Assembly: GCA_000934665.2 (NCBI GenBank) | Contig: KZ539136.1 | Span: forward strand, 1-32,655 | Direction of reading: 5' to 3' | Length of the DNA: 32,655 nt | DNA from: Catajapyx aquilonaris | Taxonomy: Eukaryota | The notes under the pieces: generated by a model | What the model was told of the DNA's origin: nothing | The model's input: the letters and a program-made list of their open reading frames with translations, nothing else | Database searches by the model: none | Position numbers and translations under genes: made by a program | In this document: positions 13,460-25,624 of the stretch, piece after piece | Numbering within the stretch: the first letter of the stretch is position 1 | How the letters are laid out: each line of letters starts with the position of its first letter

Positions 13460-14350
13460 TGGCAACCACAACTAACGTCAACTGCAAAAACCCGCGCGTT
13501 TTAATTTCCGCTTCGCTGTCCTCTTTCCGAACTGTACACCCCCCCAATCGACGTGACAGAGTGTCTGTCCTTTCTATGCATGGCTACTATACGATGTGAT
13601 GCACCTGTGCTTTAAAAGCATCAACATCAGTTTGGAAGTCAAGCGTGCACGTAAAATGCGGTCGGAAGCAACGTAACGGACGTAAATCCACGCCACAATA
13701 TTTGAAATCAAACTGCCACTCTTCTCCTTAATCATTGCTAATTCATAACCGCTTCTTTCAAACTTTTGTACGCGATTCTCTCCAATGCAATGATGTAAAG
13801 TGGACATAAAACAAGGATCCCCCAAGTCGAGAATTCCCTTAAAAAAAGTCCTTCGCCTCCTGGCAACTGGGCAGGGTTCCAACGTAATTTCCGATTCCTT
13901 CTCTGAAATAAGTGGGCCAGCAGGAATCTAGGTGACAATAGGAATCACTGCCAACTTAATGAGCTTTTCGCCTAACATTTCCTATAAAGCAAACAGTTAT
14001 AAGTACGGGAATGGTGATATTTTTGGGAGGGCAAAAAAGACTTGTTGCCACATTCGTGAAATTGAATCTCTGCGGTACCCAAAGGTTGACTTTCTGCGAT
14101 TCGCTTTTACGACCTTTTCCTTTACTCACTTGCTCTCCGAGTCGAGAATATTAAGTCGAGTCTTTTATAGCTTTGTCCGTACAATTAACGCCAAACCACA
14201 ATGGATCAGATATCGTTGTCCGCCCAAGAAATTTACAGTCCTCGGAATCGGTGTCGCACACCAAAATCCACAGTACTCTAGATTTTCCACGTTATCTCAC
14301 TTAAATATCGATGTGACGAACCTAATTCGCAGGGAATCGACTTTCTCCCC
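13460..14350 (-). pseudogene. Two tandem C2 repeats with a GT-AG intron (13982-14129)
   Basis: First repeat: DSLRIRFVTS / VLWILVCDTDSEDCKFLGRTTISDPLW / LNILDS, intron GTGAGT...TTATAG, then EMLGEKLIKLAVIP...EITLEP...FFKGILDL. Second repeat: LHHCIGEN...GYELAMIKEKSGSLIS / FRPHFTCTLDF / TLCHVD / KTRGFLQLTL. Several frameshifts and stops are required. Confidence 0.6.
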
Positions 14351-14390
14351 ACTTTTGGCGGGAAGGGGATGCCATGGTAGGAGGAGGAGA

Positions 14391-14415
14391 GGGGGGGGGG
14401 GNNNNGGGGGGGGGG
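14391..14415. other. Poly-G run containing an assembly gap (N)
   Basis: G homopolymer with NNNN at 14402-14405. Confidence 0.95.
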
Positions 14416-14751
14416 TATAATTAAGCAAGTAGGGCAGTGGATAGGTACAAATGACAACTCTTACCGTAAGAGACGGTTCAATATCCGCATTTCATGAGGC
14501 ATCTAATGCATATTACACGCCTGAAGACGCAGCCGTGTTGGCCATTAAATATGGAATCTTGATTGGATTGGGACGCCAGTTAGTCTCCGGAAAATCTCCG
14601 ACTGGATCGGATCTTCCAGCCAAGGCTTTTGGATGCATACTAGAGGAGTCAAATGTCTCCAAGTTGATGCTAGTAGGCCTACTGTATTAGCATAAATATT
14701 AAGAAATATTGTATAATGCCAAATGACATGTTTATTCATTTTAGTAGATTA

Positions 14752-15058
14752 CTAGCAGGTTACCCGGCGTTGCCCGGGTAAGTTGTGGTGGTAGGCCTAC
14801 AATGTAATGAGGGCATTACCATGGAAATCTATGAATATTGTTAAATAGGTAATTGCAATTGGTTAATTGGGAATATGCGTGTTATGGGTGTTAGGTACAT
14901 TTTCGGAAGCTGAAACATGCGGCATTAAATTCCTTGAAAAATGTAACTCCCGACATGCTAATTTAAGGCGGTGTAGGGGCCTTCCCCCGGATTTCTATAA
15001 GGGACAAACAAACTGACAAATTGACAAACTTCCTTATTTATAGAGATAGAGATAGAGA
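14752..15058 (-). mobile_element. Non-autonomous Helitron (~307 bp)
   Basis: On the minus strand it starts A|TC(TCTATC repeats)...TATAAATAAGG...GTTTGTTTGT and ends CTAG|T. An 8-bp-stem GC-rich hairpin TTACCCGG-CGTTGC-CCGGGTAA (14760-14781) lies just inside the CTAG end. No target-site duplication; inserted between A and T. The 5' end is ambiguous in 6-bp steps. Confidence 0.85.
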
Positions 15059-17999
15059 TAATTAAAAATGGCATTTCAGGTAGAAATTATTACACTATGA
15101 TACTATTCATATCCTCATGTTAATTACCATCATATCCGTTGTTGAAGCCAGCATTGGATGGACATTAATAGGCCTGATAGAAACATACAGGCCATCACAT
15201 CGCCTACAGATAATGGCAAAAATGATATCTGGTGTACTTCACACGAAGGTTGGTCCCACTCTTTAGGTGGAGTGCGGTCGTTTGGGGGTTTGACAGGTCG
15301 CTAAAGGCAACAATTTTTCTCTCTGGTTTGGGGACCAAGCAAGTGCCAAATCTTGTGTGGCTTGGAGGGGTTCCCCTCACATTAGTTCCTGGTCGCTGGC
15401 CGGGAAAAGTTGAACCCGAGTGGAAAATTTTAGAGAAGCAAATTATTCCAGGCGGAGGCGAAAAGGCGTCAAGCGCAGAGGCAATTTTCCCAGGTAGCTG
15501 GGGTAGCAGAGCAAAATTGCTTTAAGGCACTGCCTTGTTTGCAAGGGTGTTTGTGCCCGGCGACTATGCGAACAACCAACCTTTAGCCGCAAGACCCCCA
15601 CTCACTTCCGCCGCCATTTTTTATGCGCTTTATTCAGGGCAAAAAGCACCAGTCCTGTCGACTAAATGCAGTAATTTTCAAAAAGGGTCCAAAATTGCGT
15701 CCCTCTTTCTAGTAGCCATCTGCTGATATTTTGATAGCGCCCCGCTTAATTTATGCAGAATCACATTATGACTGTAAAAACAACAAAGAAATAGAGGAAC
15801 CTGACCTTACCTAACATAACAGAAAGAACAACATCAGGGAAAAAATACAACCCGCCCTTGTTCACCTGTCCCATGCAAAAGTCACCAAAAGAAAAGAACT
15901 AAATAAGTAAAGCGTACAAACAAAAACCATAATGCAAGGTTGCAGTACTCGGAAGAAAAAAAAACATGTGAAAATGGCGGAATCCTAATTTACTCGACTC
16001 CTGAAATATTTACAACTGTTTCCCCGGAATCGTGCGAAACGGTGCGGTTGTCTGAGAGGGCTCATCTCGTTCTGAATGTGATTTTGTTGCTGTATTTTCT
16101 ATGCATGTATATGTACCGTACAAGTACAGTAGCCTACACCACTTCCTACTTGTGCAATCTAGAAATATTTATTTACTTTAAAATCAAGCTACAGTATGGT
16201 CATTCAGAAGACTGCATGTCAGTTCTCTAGTAGTGAAACCCAGAATTGCAACAATGCCCAGATTCTCCTTCAGTATGCTGCAACTTGTATGCAGATGCTG
16301 GGCTTGATTTACGAGCCTCCCTCATCGACATCTAAAACAAAAGGAGAGCGAATACGGAAATTTCCACTAGGAGTTTGGAGCTTGCACTGTCACCCTCCCT
16401 CCTATCCCCCTTCGTATTCAGCCTGGTTCGTTAAATTATACCGCCACAGCGTTACTTGCATACTCCAGGCATCCCTCGCCCGATTAAATCGTCAATTTCC
16501 TTGATAATCGTGATTGCCATTCTGACACACGAGTTAGTCAGGTACGCAGGAGAGGTGTGTTGTTCACAAGTTGGAGGAAGAGATGGGGTCGAACTTTGCA
16601 GCATCCTCCACCATTTTCAAGCACCCCCATCATTTCCGAGAGAGCAGTGGCATCCGGAACTTGGAAAAATATGGTCCTACTTGCAGGAGCAAGGCAAAAG
16701 TGTATAAATTGCTAGGGGAGGTGGGTACATCTTGCACGCCTCTTTTCGTCTATCTGGCCAGATCTGGTCGTAGCTCACTTGCTAACAAGACACCCCATTT
16801 CCTGAAAAGCATTGCGGACCTCAACCGGCCGAATCTACACAGCAGTGCGATTCGCCATCTTGGCTTAAAGTATGGTTTGCCTCGCGGCAGAAGTGTTAAC
16901 TAATTGTCAGCTAATCTTTCCCATGCCGCGTGCTCCTAATCTGGTGCCGTTTCCGAGAAAAGTCACATTTGAAAAAGGCTAATTATTTAAAAGATACATC
17001 ACTGTTTAGGTAGTCTGAGATAACCAAAGTTGCACTTTGGTGCCTATAGAAGGCACAGCGAATGTCCCGAATTTTGGGGAACCAACCTTTTTCAAATATT
17101 GAGATAATATGTGATAAATTAATGGCTATTCTTTTAACTATGATTAGGACTACCGGTTATTTTATAAATTTGTCAAAATAAACTAGAAAGATGGTGTGGA
17201 AATTCACGCATAACCTCAATCCCAGAAGATACGAGCATACTTTTTTGACTGTCACATAACACGTACGTATAATATACTGAACCAGGTCAGATAACATTAC
17301 TGTTTACCTCAATAATATAATAACGCCGGGTCTCTAAATCTCTGCCATTTATGTTGTACAGAAAATTAAAACAAATGAATAAAATATAATACACTTACAG
17401 CAATAAGTAGGAGCATTTCTTTTCACAGTAATGGGAGAAATGAAATTAATTATTATAAATTTTTCAACTTCCCCATTAAAATCTTTGATTCTACAAATCT
17501 GCACGCTTAAGTGGATTCGCTCGTTACTAGTCAGCCTCAGGTCTCTCATATACATACCCCTTCCCACAAAGTTCTCAGTTGGTGTCAACGCTTCATACTC
17601 CATTTGTTCACCTACATAACAATACATCCCTAAAACGCGAAGCATCCGAAATGACCCAACAAAAATGGGCAGAGACAATAAAAAAAGGGGGCCGAGAAGA
17701 AAAGGAGGAATAAATCGGCTTGCCAGGAACAATGGGGTATTGGAAGAGGTAATTGCAGCTAACGGCAGGCCGTTTCGAGCCCAGGAGAAATAAATTTAGT
17801 TAAACCAAGTGAAAATGGCTGGCTACGATAAATCTCAATCCGAACTCTGAATGCTATTTCCATCCTTCTCCTCTAGGGAAGGGAGAGAGAGCAGGAATAG
17901 GGTGTAAGGAAAGGGGTAGAGAGAAACAGAGGTCGAAAGTGCTCGGCGCCCGCAATTCCGAAGACAAACGCCGCCAGCTTCGACACTCGAATTATGCGT

Positions 18000-18352
18000 C
18001 TCCGCGTGAAGAAAGTGGCCCGGGGTCTCTTTGGCAAGCCAGAGGCGCCGGCGTCTCTCTTGATAAAAAAAAAGCAAAGTCCACCGGAATGAAACGAACA
18101 TGTACTGCTATTAATACGATCCCTGTACCGGGGAGTCGAAAAAACTTCAGGGGTCAAGTCTCCGTGAAAGGATACAGAGAACACCAGTTCCCCGAACCTC
18201 TTCCTGCACTGCATCACCGCTCCGAGACTATGAATAGTTCCTGCAGCCATTCCTTTCCCCAACGAACCGAGCAGAAATTGCGAGTAGCCCAACTCATGCA
18301 AATGTGAAATCGATGCGGTGATTTTGGCACAGTCAAGATGCACCACTCGCAT
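18000..18352 (-). pseudogene. Nearly in-frame C2 repeat within ORF 17873..18352
   Basis: MRVVHLDCAKI (strand 1)...RFGELVFSVSFHGDLTPEVFSTPRYRD. It is immediately preceded by TLKGHVR, the last strand of the previous repeat. Confidence 0.55.
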
Positions 18353-18415
18353 CCTTAGAACTATCGAACGTGACCCTTCAAAGTTCCTCTTTTTTCTTAT
18401 CCGACCCTACCAGGT

Positions 18416-18531
18416 GCATTGCTAGTGTCAAAAAATGTTTAGGCACACATATCCTGGCAATATTTATCGTCGTATGATGATTGTGATATAGTCAGGATAT
18501 GTGCAAAACTCTTTTGACTTATAGTACATGC
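18416..18531. mobile_element. Very short foldback MITE (Tc1-like GTCAAAA subterminal motif)
   Basis: GTCAAAAAATGTTTAGGCACACATATCCTGGCAATAT (18427-18463) aligns with the reverse complement of 18486-18518, GTCAAAAGAGTTTTGCACATATCCTGACTATAT. Confidence 0.65.
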
Positions 18532-21500
18532 ATGTCGTAAAAATTACCCAGGCTTTGCCTATTGACGGGGCTGCGCTTAGTAGCCGCTATCGCTCGGCTT
18601 CATAATCACTATTGTGTTGCTCAACAATATCGTTGTTAGTAGGCATTCACATATCCGATCCATAATTACCGTGGTTCGGAAATTATGAACTCTTCCGCGT
18701 TGACATTATGCACCAATCTTCATGCAACATGCATAACTGTTACAATTCCGTTTATTTCGGGGAGCCTTTTATGTAGGTTACACCAATATTTGTGCCCAAG
18801 TTTGAATACTGTAGTTCCGATCGCTCAATTCGCACTTTCATAAGTTCGTAACGAGCATTTATATAGGACATTATTTATATTATGTTAGCATAAATTATAT
18901 TTGACATTTTACAATGTACTGGTAATAAGCACTGGAGTGTTCTTGCCGCGCCCAAATTCAATGCACACCGCTTGCACACACAGCTAACTGGATATAATAT
19001 GGTAATGCCCACCAAAAATGACATGAATGGCACATGGCGACAAACGATGTCAACTTCGGCAGAACCCCGTAATAATTGGCTACAAAAATGGAGCAGAGGT
19101 CGCCACCAGCCTCCCTCTAATTAATTACAGTTTGTGCCTCCTTTTAATCCCTGGTAAACTTCCCTTCCGCCTTCATACATGAACAACCCATTCCTCCTCC
19201 AACAATGCTCATTCATTAATTACCGGATCGAAGCACCGGCTTCTGCATTTGTCACAGATGCATTCAGAGGGCACCTCCTCCCTTCATAGCCCCTTCTAGC
19301 CCTCCAACTCCACGCACATTTGGAATCAAACTTCATTACTGCAGTGTTTCAGTTCTCCTTAACAATAATTAATTAGTTTACTAATTGCATGACGAACAAG
19401 CAGCCACCATTTTGCGGCCACTAATTATGTCAGAAATCTTCTTCCCCTTCTCTGGATCCAATTAGGCGTGTGTACTCATAATCATCCAGCCAGTAGGATC
19501 ATTCTTACAGGAATGAATTCATAGAGGGTGTCTAACTTTAAACGCTTCTTGAATTGAACAGATCACAGATTCACTTCATATTGAAAACAATCCCAGTCAC
19601 ATTTGGGTCGACATCCTTCGTCATGTACACTCAATATTTATAGACTATTGGTCTGTGTATTCACACCATAGTGCATGAATATAGACTATTGGTTGCCTGC
19701 ATTATGTCACTAAATGCACATCAACATGCACTTTGGTGTGGCTCGGTGGATGGTTAGAAAATCGGTTTCATAACAGATCAGTGACAGCATCCTAAAGAAA
19801 TGCTTGAAAAAGGGGGGATCTGTAAGGGATAATGCGATCGTATTGTGATATCTACTGCATCCATAAGATGGGGTTAGTGACGAGTGAAGTCTAGGTACTA
19901 GATGGAGTGGATGCGAGTGTGGCTGGTGGTGGACCTGCGGGGAGGCTTGGGGCTTGGTGTGTTCGTGTGTAGTCTGGGTTGAGGCTCGCTTGAATAAACA
20001 GGTTGGTGGTAACCGGGATTTACTTCAGTTATTACAACTACGACCGTCAGTGATACACAGATGATACCTCAGGGTCTGGAGATATGACCTAGGGAGGTCA
20101 GCTCTCATAGTACTTCGAAATCATACCATCGTGAGACTGCTCGTTCTGCATTACAGGTCTTCGTGCTAAACGAGGACCATAAATCGAAGAATGGTTAAGT
20201 GTGAGTTTAAATGACATCATGAGATTTTAAACGTTGCGTTTCAGTTACACAACCTCTCTGAATTTCAGGAGTGAATTATGCAATATGCATACGGTTTCCT
20301 TCGTGTGGGGGGAGAGGGGATTGCAATTGATGCCACCTAAAAATTGGGGTCGACCGCGAATTAACTGAATTGGTCAGCGGACAGCCTCCGTGTAATTGAA
20401 AGCTTTAACGACAGTTTCAGCGGGGTTCTAATGAAAATCAGTGGCAGTAACGCTTCCAGCTGCGGTAGACAACACGGCTGCCATGCACATGTTTTATACA
20501 GTGTCCGCCATTAGAGTTTTTACAACTCTTCCAAGCTCTTGGAAGAAAAAAAGAGTACAAATTGAATTACAATCATGACCTATGTCCCTCAGAATAATTT
20601 TTAAAAACGTGATGCATTATTTACGAACACATGAACTGCAAACATTAGCTCGCTAGAGAGCAGGCATGTATACGTAATCCACCGGGATGTTTAAAAGTTA
20701 AACTCCGTGTCTTAAGCTGCAGTAGATTCGCAGGGTAAATAATCTTTTAAAGTCGGTCCCAAAAGTCTGTTTTTAAGGCGTCCCAAGTTGGAACAACCTG
20801 CGAAATGGGCAACGAGGGGATTTAACCAGTCGCCATTTTGCAGGTGCAGTACAGTACACTAGACTCGGCTCTCGCGGTCAGGCAAATGTGCAACGGAGAA
20901 AATGGGGTGCGCGGCAAAGCAACCCTAAACGGCTTAGGACGACCTGCGTATAGGTGCCATATAAATTATGGACGCACTCAGACCATGTCATCCTCCGGTA
21001 CGTGCGTGCTTTCAAATATTCACCAGAAGTAACCGCACTTGTAGTACCGCTAGCTACAAATTACTTCCCAACCTCTTTGAACTGCATTGCCCTAGTTCAG
21101 AGGATTTAATGTGAACACACCAGGTGCAAGACTTTAATACCCCCAGCTCCACCATGAAGAAGTGAGGAGAGCATCTTTTCCGATCGAGTTTCCCGTGACG
21201 TTCTAAATTTCAAGTTTCCGAAAATCTCATCTGGGAGCTGCTGCTGCAAAACTTATTTCCATGGAGCATCGATTTGCGATTGCTGTAGGGCTATCGACAG
21301 AATCTGTCACTTCCAATACATCGCATCGTAAGAGGACAGGAGGGGGCCAGAAGAAGGAATTTTGAGTTGAATATGATGCACAAAAAAACGCTACGTACGC
21401 CCTTAATTGCCACAAGAACGTCACTAGCGTGGTCACTAGTAACTCTAACAATACAAAAATCTGTGTCGCCAAATACTTTCGTGTGTGTACTTTTGTGTGT

Positions 21501-21704
21501 GTTTCTCAACCACATACCCTTGTAAGTTACACTTCCTTTATGAATCACCCAAATAATTACAAAACTGGAGTAGCCGCTATGTTACGGCCATATGATGTCA
21601 CATGACCTTACCTTGCAAGGAACAAAATAGATTTTTTTTCAATGCCCATGTAGAGTTGGCCCCATATTTTATTTTGAATACACTATGGCGAACTCCGGCC
21701 CATG

Positions 21705-21721
21705 ATAATCATAATAATAAC

Positions 21722-21811
<90 letters not shown>
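21705..21811. repeat. (AAT)n microsatellite
   Basis: About 35 AAT units with minor interruptions at the left end. It produces the poly-N and poly-I ORFs in the track. Confidence 0.98.
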
Positions 21812-21812
<1 letters not shown>

Positions 21813-24800
21813 CTTTCACCCCTCTGGTATCCACCCCTCTGGCTCCATAACATAATTATTTATTTATTTAACCTTGCTGAAATGGAAGAGGGACGGTTCC
21901 CAATATTGTCATATGCTTGCTCATGATAAGGTCCTAATTTACATGCAGCCAAAAATCAAGTCGGCCTATCAGAAACTACCTAGGTACATAAACCTACTTT
22001 TCTGCCAGATAACTGAGGTCAAATTTACCCAGTAAGGGTCAAATATGTACCACAAAAACAGCATTGTTTTTTTGTGCGTCAGCGTTTTCGCATTTCGCCA
22101 TGCAACTGTATAACATTTTTTTTTTCTTTCAGTAACAGCCTACTTAGTGAGGAAACAAAGCACATTATAACTTTCCAAATAGCGGTACGGAAGATTACAT
22201 ACCAATTTAAACAGGTACTCTCAGCGGCAGAAATCCAATTAAGAAAGAAGAGTACACTTAAGTTTGCGCACTTTGTTGTATTACAGAGCATTCGTGGTTT
22301 GAAGCTGCTTTTTGGAGGGGGCAGATTCGCTAGGGGATATTTGTGGTGGGCACAAAAAGGGGGCTGTTGATTATAAGCCGTTTGCGGGTGAGAATTTCAC
22401 ACTAATACGGGTACTTTTAACTGGAATTCATTTTTAAGGGGTATACTTGATGTCACTGATTCGGTTATGGAGCACCGCCAGGGACATGAATTGCTCTTAA
22501 ATAACAATACCCTGATTCCCTCCACTGTTTGGAAAAAAAGTTTCATTAAAAAGCCAGAAATTAGCAAACATGCGTAAGCAGTTTACCAGCATGATAAAGC
22601 CACTACAAGAAGTTATGAACAAGTGCTCCAGTCATGAGGGAGGAAATGTAGGTTTATATACCATTTATTATAATTCCATCCCAATAAATGTCGATAAAAT
22701 CTCGTGTATGGGGTGATCCATAGTTTTGCTACAGATGATCATTCGTACAGCTGCTGGTCACGTGAATCAAATCAGGCAATAGCAAGCAGTGACTTCTGAT
22801 AGAAGCCAACAGGCCTACAAATAACATCTGCAATGCTACAATTTGTAGACTTTGGAAATGAGCTAATTTTCATTGTATCTGAAGGCTTATTGTGATACGT
22901 ATTTCCAGTAATATAGGCCAGTAATGAATAATGAACCCTATAATCTGAGACAACATGATCATATCCATCTGAAGCTGACCTCATGCCAATGCACCGCATA
23001 CCTCTCCCTGGCTCAATTTCAGGAGTGCATCTATAAATAATCCAATGCTGTGACTTTCGGGACAGGCAGTAAACATTGCATTGGAGTGTGCTGTACCTAG
23101 AGCATTTTCAATAATGCTGTGTAGTAAACTAAGCTGGAAATTTGCAGTAAGATCAGGTACTTTATTGAAACAATAAACGGCATCAGTATTCAGGGGGAAT
23201 GCAAGCAAGTTGGGCTGCATAAAAAGATGGAGAGATAAGACGCTGGGCTCAAGTACACTACCAAGAAAATCTGGCCTTATCTTACATCCGCCAGCACGGT
23301 TCTCTGTGCCGCTTCATATATAAATGCGGAAACTATAGCATATATTACAGGTAATAAAGGTCGAAGGGGATAGTCTCCCGACATCGACACCATGTGATCA
23401 AAGGGTATAGGTGTCAGTGTCACGCGGTTTTCCCCCGACACACTGCATTATGCGCATGCAAAACCAGGGAAACGAGCCTTCCATGGCTTATTCAAACGGC
23501 TGATTCTTGTCACCGTGGCCCTACTTTGTGAGCAGACCTGATAATGTTTGTCGCTGCCTATCTATCACCTATTCACTGCTGTCGAAGCGGTCCATGAGGG
23601 AAGAGTCGGATCAAAGTCAAAAAAATGGGCGTGCCTTCGTCGGATCCGATGATTACACTGAAACTAGTTTAGCAGACTGTACGTCACATCAGCCATGTTA
23701 TAGTATCTCCAAATGCTTTGTGCAACCTACTGAAGCGTATTGCGCGATGAGCCAACAGCGATAGGGATATTATAGCCTGTAACGGGCTTGGACCATGTGA
23801 AAAACGCAAATTCTTATTTGCTGATAACAACAGACGCAGGTTTTCTTATACAAGAATGAGATTTCTGTACAACTAAATAGGAATCAGCAGCTTATTCACA
23901 GTGGAACAGCGAGCTCATCTAAACCAAGAGCCTTACGCATTTGGAACATCTGCATTCGATCACAAGCAACAAGATAGGAGGGTAGTCGGTACCATATGCG
24001 TACAGTGCAGTAGATTAAAACACTTTAATTTTAACGCCTTCATCGCATTCCCGCAGGAAATTTGATCGAGCCTCTGAAAGTAGCATGCAAAGTGACAAGG
24101 GGGTTTGCAAGATTCGCGATTTAAATTAGAGCTGCTAAAAATAAAGGCTGAACACTACGGAATCGAATTATTGACATCCTGCCATGAAATTCCGTACGTG
24201 CAGTGCGAACTTTATTAAACGAGCGACCCTTTTTTGTCTCTTGTAACATTAAAATGTCACAGCGTTGTCGATTATGGCCTCCCATCATTGTTAACTAAAG
24301 TTTCCCTACTACAATGGTCTCTCCCGATTTTAAAAAAAGAAAAAAAGAAAACAGGGATCTACCAACACCCAGCGTCCACATACACGAGTCCACGATCGCC
24401 ACAATAAAAACACACATTTCAGATAGCCAATATGTTAGAGCACCTATAATGGCTCGGGCTGGGATTACAACGGCGTGCAGGTGGGCAACAAAAGGCGATA
24501 ATGGAAGCCTTGCATGCACTTCATCACGGCCAACTTTTACTGAGCACAAAGAGCATTAATGAGTTCCGGAACAAACAACCAACTGATCCCGTGAACCAGT
24601 GTGTTTACGAAAAAGAACACCCCTAACATTGTATTTTTAATAAAAATCCTATTGCTATGCGGATATATGAGTGCTGGACTAGGTTATTAAGAGACCAGGA
24701 ATAGGTTTGGATGGCGGGGAAAATAATTACCCAGAATTGTATGAGCAAAAAGAAGGGGAGGGTGGATGCCTTTCCGAATCACATGGCTGGCTTAATCAAG

Positions 24801-25478
24801 TTGAGCCCTTCGTGTATTAGCAGGTATTTGCTGATGACAGCTACACTCCACCCATTTGGCCACGAATGCCCACGCCTTCTGAAGGACCATGCTGTTAATT
24901 GCAATCATGATGGTCATGCTGGACGGGCACGTCATTATAGCTTCCTCCTCAGCTCCCTCCAATACCGCCTCTCTACGATATACCTACAGCACGTGAGCCA
25001 AGAAGCACAAATCCGTGTATTGCAAAATTGGGGGAAAAAATCAGGAATGTTTCGCACACTAAAAATATATATATATATATCGGAAGCTCGCTCGGAAAGT
25101 AATCCCACGGACAATCTCTTGGAATTGCCATCACAACAATACGCCGGGTAATATCCGTCAAAATTCATCCCCAGGAATAAAGTGAAAATGCGAGCCGCCA
25201 GCGAAAAGAATTTCCTTACACGCGCTCTTAACTCGTCACTCTTTCCCAATTGCTCTCCACGGGAATGTAAAATGTAAGCGAGGAAGCCCTCCCCCATGCA
25301 AGATTTCCGCAATCCCTCCTTCGAAGAAATGCGGATTATACACCTGCAAAAAGGGGCTCCTCGCACATCCATCCATAATTGGGCCCTGGATGCAAGATAA
25401 ACGCAGTTCCCTCTTAACTTTAGACACTCTTTCAGACTAAATTCTGGCTAGAAGGCAGCACCTAGTGTAGAGCTAGGG

Positions 25479-25624
25479 GCTTCTCCACCACCAGCTGAAG
25501 GGGGTGCTGCTCCCCACCAGACAAAGATGATGCTTCTCCCCGTCCGCCAAAAGGGGGTGCAGCTCCCCACCAGACAAAGGTGAGGCTTCTCCCCATCAGC
25601 CAAAAGGGGGTGCTGCTCCCCACC
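25479..25624. repeat. 53-bp minisatellite, ~2.75 copies, with 26/27-bp subunits
   Basis: GCTTCTCC starts recur at 25479, 25532 and 25585. Each unit contains GGGGGTGC(T/A)GCTCCCCACC. Confidence 0.9.

Noticed and set aside
14279..14301. 23-nt GT...AG segment whose removal repairs one frameshift, suggesting ultra-short introns keep the gene alive
   Set aside because: Neighbouring frameshifts cannot be repaired the same way, and TEs interrupt coding units.
16967..17097. 12-bp inverted repeat ATTTGAAAAAGG
   Set aside because: Short and AT-rich with no clear target-site duplication; at most a TE fragment.
19080..19450. Cluster of TAATTA and AACAAT motifs resembling a developmental enhancer
   Set aside because: Minus-strand frames here also give C2 motifs (ISDIISG, GELK, MCVELEAR). 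Regulatory function cannot be supported from sequence alone.
21602..21926. Poly-Asn and poly-Ile ORFs
   Set aside because: Artefacts of the (AAT)n microsatellite.
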